Shown here in pieces: positions 1 through 8,006 of a stretch of 64,000 nt of DNA (position 1 is its first letter; every line of letters starts with the position of its first letter). The position numbers and the translations under genes were made by a program. The notes beneath the pieces were generated by a model. The model was not told the DNA's origin. It was given only the letters and a program-made list of their open reading frames with translations, and made no database searches. The stretch covers positions 832,001 through 896,000 of the forward strand of contig OY970192.1 of NCBI GenBank assembly GCA_963708135.1. Reading direction: 5' to 3'. Origin of the DNA: an uncultured Gemmatimonadales bacterium (GTDB taxonomy: Bacteria > Gemmatimonadota > Gemmatimonadetes > Longimicrobiales > RSA9).

Positions 1-1073
1 AACCACACCGCGTGCCGGATCCGCTCCCCCAGGCTCTCCGCTGCCGGTGTCGAGGCCAGGGCATAGGCGTTGGCGTCCATCCCCTGCGGAAACTGGATGC
101 GATAACACCCGATTCCGTCCGCCGCGAGTTGCTCGGCCAGTGCGGCCGCCGCGCTCTCGCCCGCCGCGTCCCGGTCGTAGGCGATCAGCACGCGCTCGGT
201 GCCGTATCTGCGAAACGCCTCGTGATGCGCCGCCGTGAAGCCGCTCACCCCGTAGCTCGCCGTCACGTTCCGGTAGCCCGCGCACCAGAAGCTCAGCGCA
301 TCGAGCAGCGCCTCGCACAGGATGACCTCCTTCGACTCCGCCAGCGCCGCTTCGTTCCACACCCCCGCGTGCGCCCCCGGCAGGTAGAGGTGCAGCGGCG
401 TGCCTGCCCGCAGTCCCTCCGTGATCTTGCGACCGTACATCTCCCGCACCGCTTCATCGGCATCGATCACCGGCACCACCAGCGAGCCGGTGAAATGCTC
501 GTGTCCGCTCGGTCGCAGGATCCCCAGCCGCTGCAGCCGACTCCGGATCTCCGCTCCCGCCTTGAGCGCCTTCTTCGGCAGGTGGTAGCCCAGCGTCCGG
601 TTGGCGAAGCCCAGTTGGAAGCGGTCAATATCCGCCACCTGGGCGAGGCCCCGCTTCTCCAGGTAGGCGATGGCTTCCGGACTCTCCTTCAGCGTCTCGT
701 GGTAGTAGCCCACCACCTGCTGCAGCAGCGCCTGGTCATCGACGTCCGGCTCCAGCAGCGGCGGCAGTGCTCTGGCCTTTGCACTCGCGGCGGGCGCACC
801 CCGCAGGATCTCCACCGCGTGCCGGAAGCTCACCCCCTCGCGCCGCATCACCCAGTCGATCACGCTCCCGCCCGCCTGGCACGCGCCCAGGCAGTGCCAC
901 AGCCCTTTCGCCGGGCTCACCACCAGACTCGGCTCGTGGTCCTCGTGGAACGGACACAGCCCCAGCAGGTCCGCGCCGTGCCGCCGCAGCTTCACTCCGC
1001 TCCCCTCCACCAGCCCCACCAGGTCCGCCTCGCGCTTGAGCCGCTCCAACTCCTCCCTCTGGATCCGGGCCAT
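1..1073 (-). CDS. CHC2 zinc-finger/TOPRIM DNA primase-like protein of a mobile element (runs off window edge)
   Basis: Manual translation from ATG 1073 (GGAGGAGG/AGGAG upstream): MARIQREELERLKREADLV...GLCPFHEDHEPSLVV...WHCLGACQAGGSVIDWV...ILCEALLDALSFW...LIAYDRDAAG; not in ORF track because it is open at the edge. Confidence 0.85.
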   Translation of the reverse strand, partial: MARIQREELERLKREADLVGLVEGSGVKLRRHGADLLGLCPFHEDHEPSLVVSPAKGLWHCLGACQAGGSVIDWVMRREGVSFRHAVEILRGAPAASAKARALPPLLEPDVDDQALLQQVVGYYHETLKESPEAIAYLEKRGLAQVADIDRFQLGFANRTLGYHLPKKALKAGAEIRSRLQRLGILRPSGHEHFTGSLVVPVIDADEAVREMYGRKITEGLRAGTPLHLYLPGAHAGVWNEAALAESKEVILCEALLDALSFWCAGYRNVTASYGVSGFTAAHHEAFRRYGTERVLIAYDRDAAGESAAAALAEQLAADGIGCYRIQFPQGMDANAYALASTPAAESLGERIRHAVW

Positions 1074-1176
1074 GGCTCCTGCCTCCTCCGGAAATCCCGT
1101 CAATGGACCCTTGCGTCTCTTGTGGTATGGACTAATATGTCATCATCGCACCGGACGCAAGAGAGGAGGCCTTATC

Positions 1177-1563
1177 ATGATCGACCACGTGAAGCTCTAT
1201 CCCGAGGTCGATATGGAGCAGTTCCCGGAGACCCTCAAGCTGCTGAGGGAAAGCAGGGGTCTGACGCAGGCCCGGCTTGCCGAGTTGATCGAGGCCAGTC
1301 CGCGCGTCTACAATCGGTGGGAAACGGGCGCGGCGGCCCCGCGGCTAGACACTCTCGTGAAGATCGCTGACATCCTCAACGTCAGCCTGGACGAGCTCGT
1401 CGGGCGCACCGAGCCCAGTTCCGAGGTCGAGATCCAGAATCCCAGGCTCCACGCCCTCTACCGCCACATCGATCGGCTCTCCGACGAGGACCAGCAGGCC
1501 GTCATCATCCTTCTCGACTCTCTCGTCAAGCGGTCCCAGATGGACCAGATCCTCGCTTCCTGA
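1177..1563 (+). CDS. XRE-family HTH transcriptional regulator, divergent from primase
   Basis: LKLLRESRGLTQARLAELIEASPRVYNRWETG...P Cro/C1 HTH; GAGGAGG before ATG 1177 (alternative start 1213). Confidence 0.85.
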   Translation: MIDHVKLYPEVDMEQFPETLKLLRESRGLTQARLAELIEASPRVYNRWETGAAAPRLDTLVKIADILNVSLDELVGRTEPSSEVEIQNPRLHALYRHIDRLSDEDQQAVIILLDSLVKRSQMDQILAS

Positions 1564-1741
1564 CCAGCCACCGCCGCCCACGGGAACGAGCAGCTAAAGG
1601 AAGAAGCCCGGCCATCGCTGGTCGGGCTCTCCGGCTTCATGCCTGTGTCTCGGCACCGTTGCGGGCTCCGCTCCGGCGTGCCGGCCTCGCATTATGCGCC
1701 CTCGCCCTCGGCGCGCCTCCGCTCCGGGCGCTTCGCGCCTC

Positions 1742-1760
1742 TACATAACCGGGTTATGCA
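1742..1760. other. dif-like palindrome, candidate tyrosine-recombinase site
   Basis: TA-CATAACC-G-GGTTATG-CA; CATAA...TTATG arms as in dif but with a 5-bp rather than 6-bp centre. Confidence 0.4.
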
Positions 1761-1806
1761 AACCCGCTGCGGCAGATCTCGTTGACAAAACGCCATATTC
1801 ATTTGC

Positions 1807-2256
1807 TCATTCAGAGTTCAGCGGAGACTGACTGGCAACTTGCGTCGATTCCGAGAATTCCCATGCCTTAAAAGTAATCTCGATCCACGAGTAGCCCTCG
1901 CGGCGAAATGACGCTTTGTAGCTGGGCCCGGTCAGCCGTGAACGAACCAAGGCTCCAGCATCTTCGACTCGAAGGCAAGCGATTTCGCCGAAGCCCCAAC
2001 CAAGTGATGCCTCCTTCTGCATCACTGAGTCAGAGAGTTCGTTGATAACGTGCAGTTCACTCACGCCGCAGAAGCGGATTGACACAATACGCCGGTCAGC
2101 GTATTGGGTCCGAATCGTTCCATCCTCCTGCCACACGAAGTCAATGTCGATGCTGAGGGACGCGCCCCAGTTCAGCCACTGGACGCCGACAACAACACAC
2201 TCCTCGAAATCGCGGTACGCGTGAAGCTCTGCTCTCAATACAGGCAATCCGCTCAT
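1807..2256 (-). CDS. Putative immunity protein for toxin tip 1
   Basis: 149 aa, ATGA overlap with stop of upstream Rhs-CT ORF, visibly lower GC. Confidence 0.7.
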   Translation of the reverse strand: MSGLPVLRAELHAYRDFEECVVVGVQWLNWGASLSIDIDFVWQEDGTIRTQYADRRIVSIRFCGVSELHVINELSDSVMQKEASLGWGFGEIACLRVEDAGALVRSRLTGPSYKASFRREGYSWIEITFKAWEFSESTQVASQSPLNSE

Positions 2257-4205
2257 CGATTCCAGATGTTAAGATGCGTGGTCGCGTTGGGACCAGGGTT
2301 ACCCAGCGCGTCGAGATAGTTGCGAGCTGCATTCATGATGCGCAGTTGCCAACCATTTTCCCGCCGCATTAAGCGAACTTCTTCGCCCGTTCCATTCGTG
2401 AAAAGGTAGCCACTCTTATTCTCCGTCAGTCCCATCACAAACCCGTTCTCTTTCAGAATTGCGCGAATTCCAATGATCGACTCATCCGCAAGTCCGCCTC
2501 CCTCCGAGAACAGCGCGCGTAGCCCGGCGCTCGCTCCCCGTAGCCCCCGCCCGACGGCACCACCACCCACCGTGAATGCCGCCATTGCGAAGCCGCGTCC
2601 GGCGTGACCACTCCCGATATCGAAGCCAGCATCAAACGCTGCGGTGATCGGATTGACATCGTTGATCGCATTCAACCCAGCTGCGGCATTGAGCACCACG
2701 CCGCCCAGGCCACCGCCACGCTGCGCTCCCCAATTTGCCGCTTTCTGCAAGCAATCTTCAATCGGCGGGCACAATCCGAACGGGTCGGTATAAGACGCGG
2801 GGTTGTTGCCCGCATACGCATAGAGGTTAAGCCCGCCGGCAAATCCGATGGGGTCTTCCTGCGTGAACCTCCCCAATCTGGCGTCGTAGTAGCGGTTGCG
2901 GAAGAAGGCTCCGGTCTCCTGGTTCGAGTCGCCGTTGCGGGCGGGGGCGAAGCTGTAGCTTTCGCGGATGGCACCCGACTGCGAGCCCCAGGTACTCCAC
3001 GCCGGGAGCTCGTTTCCGTTCGTGTCCGTGATGCAGTTCTCGCCCTGCGGGCCCTGGAAGCTGAACAGTCGTTCGCGATGCGTGATGAAATATGCGCGCT
3101 TGTCGTTCAGGCTGCCGAGGGGACACGCAGCGTTGCCGTACATCATCAGCGGGTCGTCGAGCCCCGGCCCGTCCACGAACTCGACCGTCGAGTGCTCGAT
3201 CACGTTCTGACCATCGTAGAAGGTCTCCGCGCCGGAGTGGGCATAAGCGCCGCGGATCCGCCGGCCCAGGCCGTCGTAGCGGAAGAAGGCGGTATCGGGG
3301 TGAGTGCCGGAGAGCTGGCCGGCGGCGCTGTAGTAGCGGTGCCAGGTGTAGGCGGTCCCGGCGTAGGTGCCCTGCTCGAGCGTCTCGTTGCCGTTCGCGT
3401 CGTAGCTGAAGTCGACGCTCTCCGGACCGGAGACGCCGCTGTAGTAGCGGGTCCGGCGGGTCACCTCGTTCGAGAGGCCGTCGAGCTGGAAGAGCACGCT
3501 GTCGGCGCACAGGCTGCCGCGCACGCACAGGTACTCTTTCACGCGGTTGCCGGCCGCGTCGTAGACCATGCTGTCGGTCGAGGACGTCCCTCCAGGGTGG
3601 CTCTGACTCGTATAGCGGATGCGCCCGCTCCCGTCGTAGGCCCAGCGGTCCACCCAGGTCGCGTTATTGGTCTCGTTGCCGCGGTTGACGACCGAATCAG
3701 GCCGCCCAGCGGCGTCGTAGGCGAAGCTCAGGTCCACGGCGGTGTCACCGCTCGTGGCGTTGACGGAGATGACGCGCGCGATCTGCCCGTCTTTCGTGTA
3801 ACCGTAGCTCGTTTTCGTGGTGTTGGGCAGCCAGACCGTGTCGCGCCGCCCGAGCGCGTCGTAGTGGAACGAGATCATCTCGCCAGCGGGCGTCTGGATC
3901 TGGGAGACGAGCCCGCCCGGCCCGAGGGTGTAGGTGTACGTCCCCTTCGGCGTGCTCAGCGTATGGCGGCCCGCCCACTGATAGGCCGAGCTGTAGGTGC
4001 GCTGCGTGCCGGACCACTTGTGGAGCTGCGTGCTTGAGGCGAGGGTGCCTTCCTTGTTGAAGACCCGCGTGACCTGCGAGCTGTCCTCATCGAGCATGGT
4101 GACGTTACCGGCCGCGTCATACTGGAGGTTGATCGTCGTGCCGACCACGCCGAGGACGCCATTCTGGTAGGTGGATGAGAGGACGCGCTGCTTCGGGCGA
4201 TTCAC
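2253..4205 (-). CDS. 5'-truncated (orphan) Rhs core with toxin tip 1
   Basis: YD repeats, RYYD...GRFTQEDPIG...NPASYTDPFGL core end, unique C-terminus; no signal peptide; copy of the main Rhs. Confidence 0.8.
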   Translation of the reverse strand: MNRPKQRVLSSTYQNGVLGVVGTTINLQYDAAGNVTMLDEDSSQVTRVFNKEGTLASSTQLHKWSGTQRTYSSAYQWAGRHTLSTPKGTYTYTLGPGGLVSQIQTPAGEMISFHYDALGRRDTVWLPNTTKTSYGYTKDGQIARVISVNATSGDTAVDLSFAYDAAGRPDSVVNRGNETNNATWVDRWAYDGSGRIRYTSQSHPGGTSSTDSMVYDAAGNRVKEYLCVRGSLCADSVLFQLDGLSNEVTRRTRYYSGVSGPESVDFSYDANGNETLEQGTYAGTAYTWHRYYSAAGQLSGTHPDTAFFRYDGLGRRIRGAYAHSGAETFYDGQNVIEHSTVEFVDGPGLDDPLMMYGNAACPLGSLNDKRAYFITHRERLFSFQGPQGENCITDTNGNELPAWSTWGSQSGAIRESYSFAPARNGDSNQETGAFFRNRYYDARLGRFTQEDPIGFAGGLNLYAYAGNNPASYTDPFGLCPPIEDCLQKAANWGAQRGGGLGGVVLNAAAGLNAINDVNPITAAFDAGFDIGSGHAGRGFAMAAFTVGGGAVGRGLRGASAGLRALFSEGGGLADESIIGIRAILKENGFVMGLTENKSGYLFTNGTGEEVRLMRRENGWQLRIMNAARNYLDALGNPGPNATTHLNIWNR

Positions 4206-4207
4206 TC
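2844..4207. repeat. 1,364-bp near-identical copy of 9207-10570
   Basis: Constant offset 6363; only difference noticed is 3556 G vs 9919 T (YDAAG vs YDEAG). Confidence 0.9.
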
Positions 4208-4697
4208 AGGACGAGGTACGTCTCCTCCTCGAGCTGCTGGCGATGTACGACCGGCAGATCGCGGCCGTGGAGGAAGCGATGGTCTTCGCCCTCCGTCGGG
4301 CCCCGGAGGCGAAGGCGCTGATGTCGATCCCCAAGCTCGGCGCGGTCACCGCGGCTGTCTTCCTGGGTTCGATCGGCGATCCGAGGGCGTACGAGTCGAG
4401 CCGGCAGGCGCTCCGCGTGGGTGGCCTCTCATTGGTCGTGCAGGAGAGCGGGCTGCTCCGCGGCAAGCCGCGCCTCAGCAAGCGGGGCCGGCCCGAGATG
4501 CGACGGCAGGCGTACATGTTCGCGGCCGCAGCGTGATGAAGGGTGGGCTCTACCGGGAGGCGTTCGACCGCGCCCTGGCCGAGAACCCGCAGAAGCCGAA
4601 GAAGAAGATCCTGGTGGCCCTGGCGCGGCGCGCCACGAAGCTCATGTTCAGCGTCGCGCGGGACCGGAGGCTGTACACGCCGGATGGCCCGAAGTAG
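4208..4697 (+). pseudogene. IS110-family transposase C-terminal fragment, frameshifted near 4527-4536
   Basis: SIPKLGAVTAAVFLGSIGDPRAYESSRQ...ESG...LSKRGRPEMRRQAYMFA, then in another frame SVMKGGLYREAFDRALAENPQKPKKKILVALARRATKLMF...PK*. Confidence 0.9.
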
Positions 4698-4975
4698 GAT
4701 TCCGGCAGGTGAAAGAGCGGAAGGGCTGCGGCATCCTGCCGAGCCCTCCCGCGAGCACCAGACGCAGGCTGGAGAGTGGAGCCGGCAATCCATCGAAGGA
4801 GTTGCAGAAGCGCTCGGCGCCGCAGCTCGCTTCCGAATGCTGGAACGCTCCCTCCGGCCCAGAGCCCGCTCAAGTCTCCGAGGAAGGCGTGTCGAGGACC
4901 CTCCGGGGTGCCTCCAAGGAACTGAGGGTATCGAGCTACGCGAGCCCGAGCGGTCTGGGTGCGATTTGACAACTC
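4698..4975 (+). ncRNA. Bridge-RNA-like structured noncoding region, copy A
   Basis: Directly 3' of IS110 gene; blocks conserved with 7653-7949; closing stem GCACCAGAC(4755)/GTCTGGGTGC(4953); two internal-loop hairpins. Confidence 0.65.
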
Positions 4976-5028
4976 CGTATACTACCTGCCGAGACCCCGA
5001 CCGGGCGGTCGCGGCACCAGTGGCGCGT

Positions 5029-5215
5029 GCCCGGCGTGGACCCGCCATGTCCCTTGAGGCGGCGTTGCCGGCCTCCGATGGTGGACTCGGTCACGTCGGG
5101 CAGCGCGCTCTTTCACGTCAAACACCCACCGACAGCGCTGCCCGGCATGGGTCCGACAATCCGGTTGAGGCGCGTCCTGCGGCCTCCGATACCGGACTCG
5201 ATCATGCCGGGCAGC
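5029..5215 (+). repeat. Two 73-nt hairpin units with variable internal loops (A1 5029-5101, A2 5140-5212)
   Basis: Scaffold GCCCGGCRYGG..CCGA-N10-GAGG(hairpin)CCTC-N7-GGACTCGRTCRYGYCGGGC. Confidence 0.85.
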
Positions 5216-5220
5216 TTCGG

Positions 5221-5622
5221 CTACCGCCTGACCGGTTCACCGTCGATGCTTACGCCGCGGGCGATGACGACGAGCGACGCAGCATCATCGAAGTATAGGC
5301 GGTAGCGCGTGATTGGAGGGCGCGGCACTGTCTCGTGCCAACCCACTGAAGTGTTCCAACGAGCCTCCAGCTCTTGAATGTCGGCGGCAGCTGTCTCAGC
5401 CACGATGTAGTCCGGTCCGATGACGTCTTCTTCTACGCAGACGGCGCCCGCCGTGTATTCGACCCGAAGCACGTCGGAGAAGGTGACTTCGGTCCATTTC
5501 GTCTCTCCTTCTTCAGTAGTGTCGTACCGAACCGTTGCGAAGCCTTCGGACATGTTCACGACCGGACCAGCCAGCGTGTGACTGGTGCGGCGTGGCAGAT
5601 CAATCAAGGTCGTCATGTTCAC
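5221..5622 (-). CDS. Putative immunity protein for toxin tip 2
   Basis: 133 aa, GTGA overlap with tip 2 stop; lower GC. Confidence 0.7.
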   Translation of the reverse strand: MNMTTLIDLPRRTSHTLAGPVVNMSEGFATVRYDTTEEGETKWTEVTFSDVLRVEYTAGAVCVEEDVIGPDYIVAETAAADIQELEARWNTSVGWHETVPRPPITRYRLYFDDAASLVVIARGVSIDGEPVRR

Positions 5623-6124
5623 CTGATTACAGGGGTGAACGTCGGAGATGCAGAGCCCGCCATCTCAGCGAGGCGTTCCGTTAGCTGCCTCTCAAACATT
5701 GCATTGCCCGTAACATTGTTGATTACGGTCGGCCTCATGCCCGCGATCCTCAACGCCATCAGCGAGCGGTTGTTCATCGTGTACGACACGCCATCTCGAA
5801 CAACGACGTTTAGGGGCAGCTGACTTGGTGTGATCGCACCGCTTCTCAGGCCGGCCGCCACATCAGAGATCGACTGACCTGCAAACTCGCCGTGACGGAA
5901 GCTCGACGAAATACCCCTCTGGGCGAACTGTACCGCTCCCTCGTCAGCGGCTGCGGTGGCGACGCTGCGTCCGATCAGTGCTCGGATCCCGCCTGCGATG
6001 CCGCCTGCGAGAAACGCTACCGGATCTAGCAGACCAGGGCCACGGAGACCTGGTTCGTGTCCTGGACACCCCGTATGCCACTCAGTCTCCGGAGGGCACA
6101 ATCCGAAGGGATCGGTATAGGAGG
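5619..6124 (-). pseudogene. Orphan Rhs toxin tip 2, ParB/Srx-like toxin domain
   Basis: Begins SYTDPFGLCPP with no Rhs core; FAQRGISSSF...L..G.I.P.QLPL.V...G..Y..NNRSL.AL..AG resembles Tox-ParB-like domains. Confidence 0.75.
6112..6124. repeat. 13-bp direct repeat TCGGTATAGGAGG, left junction (partner 9148-9160)
   Basis: Exact match at both ends of the 3,036-bp unit. Confidence 0.85.
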
Positions 6125-6440
6125 GACGCCTCTAACCCAATGCGCCCCGATTCGGCCTCCGATCAGCCTACCTCCGACGCCACCTCCCGCCGTCTCAATC
6201 AGCCCTCCTGACACCCTCCCGAACAGCGAAACCCTTCACCATACCACCCGCAGCTCCACCGCCTCAGGCGGGGTCGACTGCCTTCCATTCACCCGGATTC
6301 CGCGCCCGATCCTGGCGGTGATACGGTTCCGGGTTCCGCCTCCGTCCCGGCGGCCCCGGCTCAGAGCGCCATAGAGCACGATTCCGCCATCGGTGCGGCC
6401 CACGGTACCGCTCTGGTCCACTTCAACCAGGAGCGAGACC

Positions 6441-7652
6441 ATGAGCCGTTTCGAGAAGCGCCGCCGGGCCCAGCGCGCCGCCGCCGTCGCCGGAGTGGAC
6501 GCGGGCAAGCGGAAGCACGCGATCGCGGTCCGGCCGCGCGGCGGCGAGGATAGCACGCCGCTCGAGTTCCAGACGACGCGAGCCGGCTTCGAGACCGCGG
6601 TCCGCGCGATCCTCGAGAACGCTCCGGGCACACGACCCGAGGACGTGCTGGTCGGCATTGAGTTCGCCGGCAACTACGGCTTCACCTTCGCCCACTTCCT
6701 GCGCGACCGCGGCTTCCAGGTCGTGAACGTGCTCGGCGCCCACAGCAAGCGCTGGAAGGAGGTGGTCCACAACCAGGGGCTGAAGAGCGACCCCAAGGAC
6801 GCGCTCACGATCACCGACATGGTGGCGCAGGGCGCCTTCGTCGGCTTCCCGTTCCTCGAGCAGGTCTACGCCGACCTGCGCTACCTGGTCAGCATGCGCG
6901 AGCGGCTGACGAAGCTCCGGAGCGCGACGATCGCGCGGCTGAAGGACGTGCTCCAGGTCGTCTGGCCGGAGTTCGAGCGGCGCTTCAAGAACTTCAGCAA
7001 GAAGACGCCGATCGCGATCCTGGAGGCGTTCCCCGGGCCGGATGCGTTCCTGCGCGCACCGAAGCGGCGCGTGCTGAAGGTGATCCGGGAGGCGAGCCGG
7101 GGTCATCTGGGCGAGGCCGCCTACGAGCACCTGCGGTGCGCGGCCGAGGACACCGTGGCGCTCCCCGGCGCGCAGGGCGTGCTTGCGCAGGAGGTCGGCC
7201 TCCAGCTCGATCTGCTCGCGTCCTACGAGCGCCAGATCGCCGAGGTCGAGCGCCTCATGGCCGAGCGGCTGGTGGACGCGCCGGAGGCGCCCTCGCTCCT
7301 CTCGGTGCCGAAGCTCGGCGCCGTGACGGCCGCCGTGTTCCTCGGCTCGATCGGCGACCCGCGGGCCTACGACTCGAGCCGGCAGGCGCTCAAGGTCGGC
7401 GGCCTCGGGCTCGTCGTGAGCGAGAGCGGCGCCCAGCGCGGCCGGCCCGAGCTCCGGCGCCAGATGTACATGTTCGCGGTGCGGAGCGTGAGCCGGGGCG
7501 GCCTGTTCCGGGCGGAATACGAGCGGGCGCTCGAGCGCAATCCGAACACGCCGAAGAAGAAGGTGCTGGTCGCGCTCGCGCGGAAGGCGACGCGGCTCAT
7601 GTTCGCGCTCGCGAAGGAGCGGCGGCTGTACACGATGGAACCGCCGCGGTAG
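6441..7652 (+). CDS. IS110-family DEDD transposase/recombinase
   Basis: GVDAGK, GIEFAG, KSDPKDA (DEDD), SVPKLG HhH, ESG serine loop, KKKVLVALARK; AGGAG before ATG 6441. Confidence 0.93.
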   Translation: MSRFEKRRRAQRAAAVAGVDAGKRKHAIAVRPRGGEDSTPLEFQTTRAGFETAVRAILENAPGTRPEDVLVGIEFAGNYGFTFAHFLRDRGFQVVNVLGAHSKRWKEVVHNQGLKSDPKDALTITDMVAQGAFVGFPFLEQVYADLRYLVSMRERLTKLRSATIARLKDVLQVVWPEFERRFKNFSKKTPIAILEAFPGPDAFLRAPKRRVLKVIREASRGHLGEAAYEHLRCAAEDTVALPGAQGVLAQEVGLQLDLLASYERQIAEVERLMAERLVDAPEAPSLLSVPKLGAVTAAVFLGSIGDPRAYDSSRQALKVGGLGLVVSESGAQRGRPELRRQMYMFAVRSVSRGGLFRAEYERALERNPNTPKKKVLVALARKATRLMFALAKERRLYTMEPPR

Positions 7653-7949
7653 GTTGGGGGAATCAACACCATGGGAGGGCCGGCTGGCGCGGTGCGCGCC
7701 GGCCCTCCTACAGTGCACCAGACGCAGGCCGGGGGATGGAGCAGAAGAATCCATCGAAGGGGCCGTCTCGCACGAACGTGAGGCCTGCTTCCCAAGGTCG
7801 GACCCGCTCCCCCTGACCCAGAGTTCGCCACAGTCTCCGAGGAAGGCGTGTCGAGGGCCACGCGCGGCAGACGCCGCCACGGTGCCTCCGAGGACTTGAG
7901 GGTATCGAGCTACGCGATCTCGAGTGGTCTGGGTGCGATTTGACAACTC
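7653..7949 (+). ncRNA. Bridge-RNA-like structured noncoding region, copy B
   Basis: Closing stem GCACCAGAC(7715)/GTCTGGGTGC(7927); conserved AATCCATCGAAGG and AGTCTCCGAGGAAGGCGTGTCGAGG with variable-length hairpins. Confidence 0.65.
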
Positions 7950-8006
7950 AGCGCTTGCCTTCGCCGTCGCGGCGTCGAGCCGGCCGCGACGGAACGGGTG
8001 GCGTGT

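Larger units (their letters stand above)
4208..6124 (+). mobile_element. Truncated IS110-type cargo element A (transposase 3' part, ncRNA, two hairpin units, immunity 2, toxin tip 2)
   Basis: Same module order as element B; left part replaced by the Rhs duplication. Confidence 0.6.

Noticed and set aside
12..1370. 452-aa plus-strand ORF
   Set aside because: Antisense shadow of the primase gene.
4966..4983. TTGACA...TATACT promoter
   Set aside because: Spacing is only 6 bp and copy B lacks the -10; TTGACA is conserved in both copies but its role is unresolved.
6125..7949. Simple IS110 ending at TTGACAACTC with no cargo
   Set aside because: Not excluded but disfavoured: similarity between copies continues through the arrays, and only the 6124/9160 boundaries give a direct repeat and an in-frame empty site.
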